In this document: one piece after another, positions 63,766 through 64,000 of the stretch
Layout: each line of letters starts with the position of its first letter
How positions within the stretch are numbered: position 1 is the first letter of the stretch
Source of the DNA: Botryllus schlosseri
Lineage: Eukaryota
NCBI GenBank assembly: GCA_051294905.1
Contig: CM119381.1
Location: 18,662,001 to 18,726,000 of the forward strand
DNA: 64,000 nucleotides
Direction of reading: 5' to 3'
The notes under the pieces: model-generated
What the model was told of the DNA's origin: nothing
Database searches by the model: none
The model's input: only the letters and a program-made list of their open reading frames with translations
Position numbers and translations under genes: made by a program

Positions 63766-64000
63766 CTGTCGAAAGAGATGCGATGCCATGAGCAAATAAA
63801 GAAACACTTCATACCTTTGCAATGTCGGCGATTACTTATCGATGAGATTTAGCCAGGTGATTCACGTTTCGATTTTTTCAAAAGTTTCGCTGACATTTTT
63901 TACGGCGTATTGCGAGGATGAACCGAGAATGTTTTTCCAATTCATTTCGCAAACATTGCCGGTGGAATGTAGGCTACTCTATATATTAGCGATATCCTAT

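Overview
This is eukaryotic genomic DNA with short GT-AG introns (many 50-75 bp) and dense small transposons. It is most likely an invertebrate deuterostome such as an ascidian; that taxon call is inference only. I reconstructed three spliced protein-coding genes by hand with consistent reading phases. (1) An ERG/FLI1-family ETS transcription factor on + (16098-25935; the 5' coding exon was not found). (2) A complete 16-exon mitochondrial sarcosine dehydrogenase on + (39668-53153, 923 aa). (3) A subgroup-A thrombospondin on - (at least 63765 down to 55058; its 5' part lies outside the window), convergent with SARDH. The rest holds hAT-type MITEs, two tRNA-derived SINE families, a 5'-truncated L2/CR1-group LINE split by a TA-target MITE, foldback elements, and two copies of a ~2.1 kb three-layer nested non-autonomous transposon. 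I found no CRISPR array, rRNA, true tRNA or convincing wholly new multi-gene system. The best leads are: five TSR repeats and an extra CxxC in the thrombospondin; a ~400-aa ERG N-terminus carrying a PLDLS CtBP motif; a possible alternative ERG C-terminus; unassigned micro-exon chains; and the nested transposon that appears to have moved as one unit. Most ORFs in the supplied track are spurious exon read-throughs or repeat-derived.
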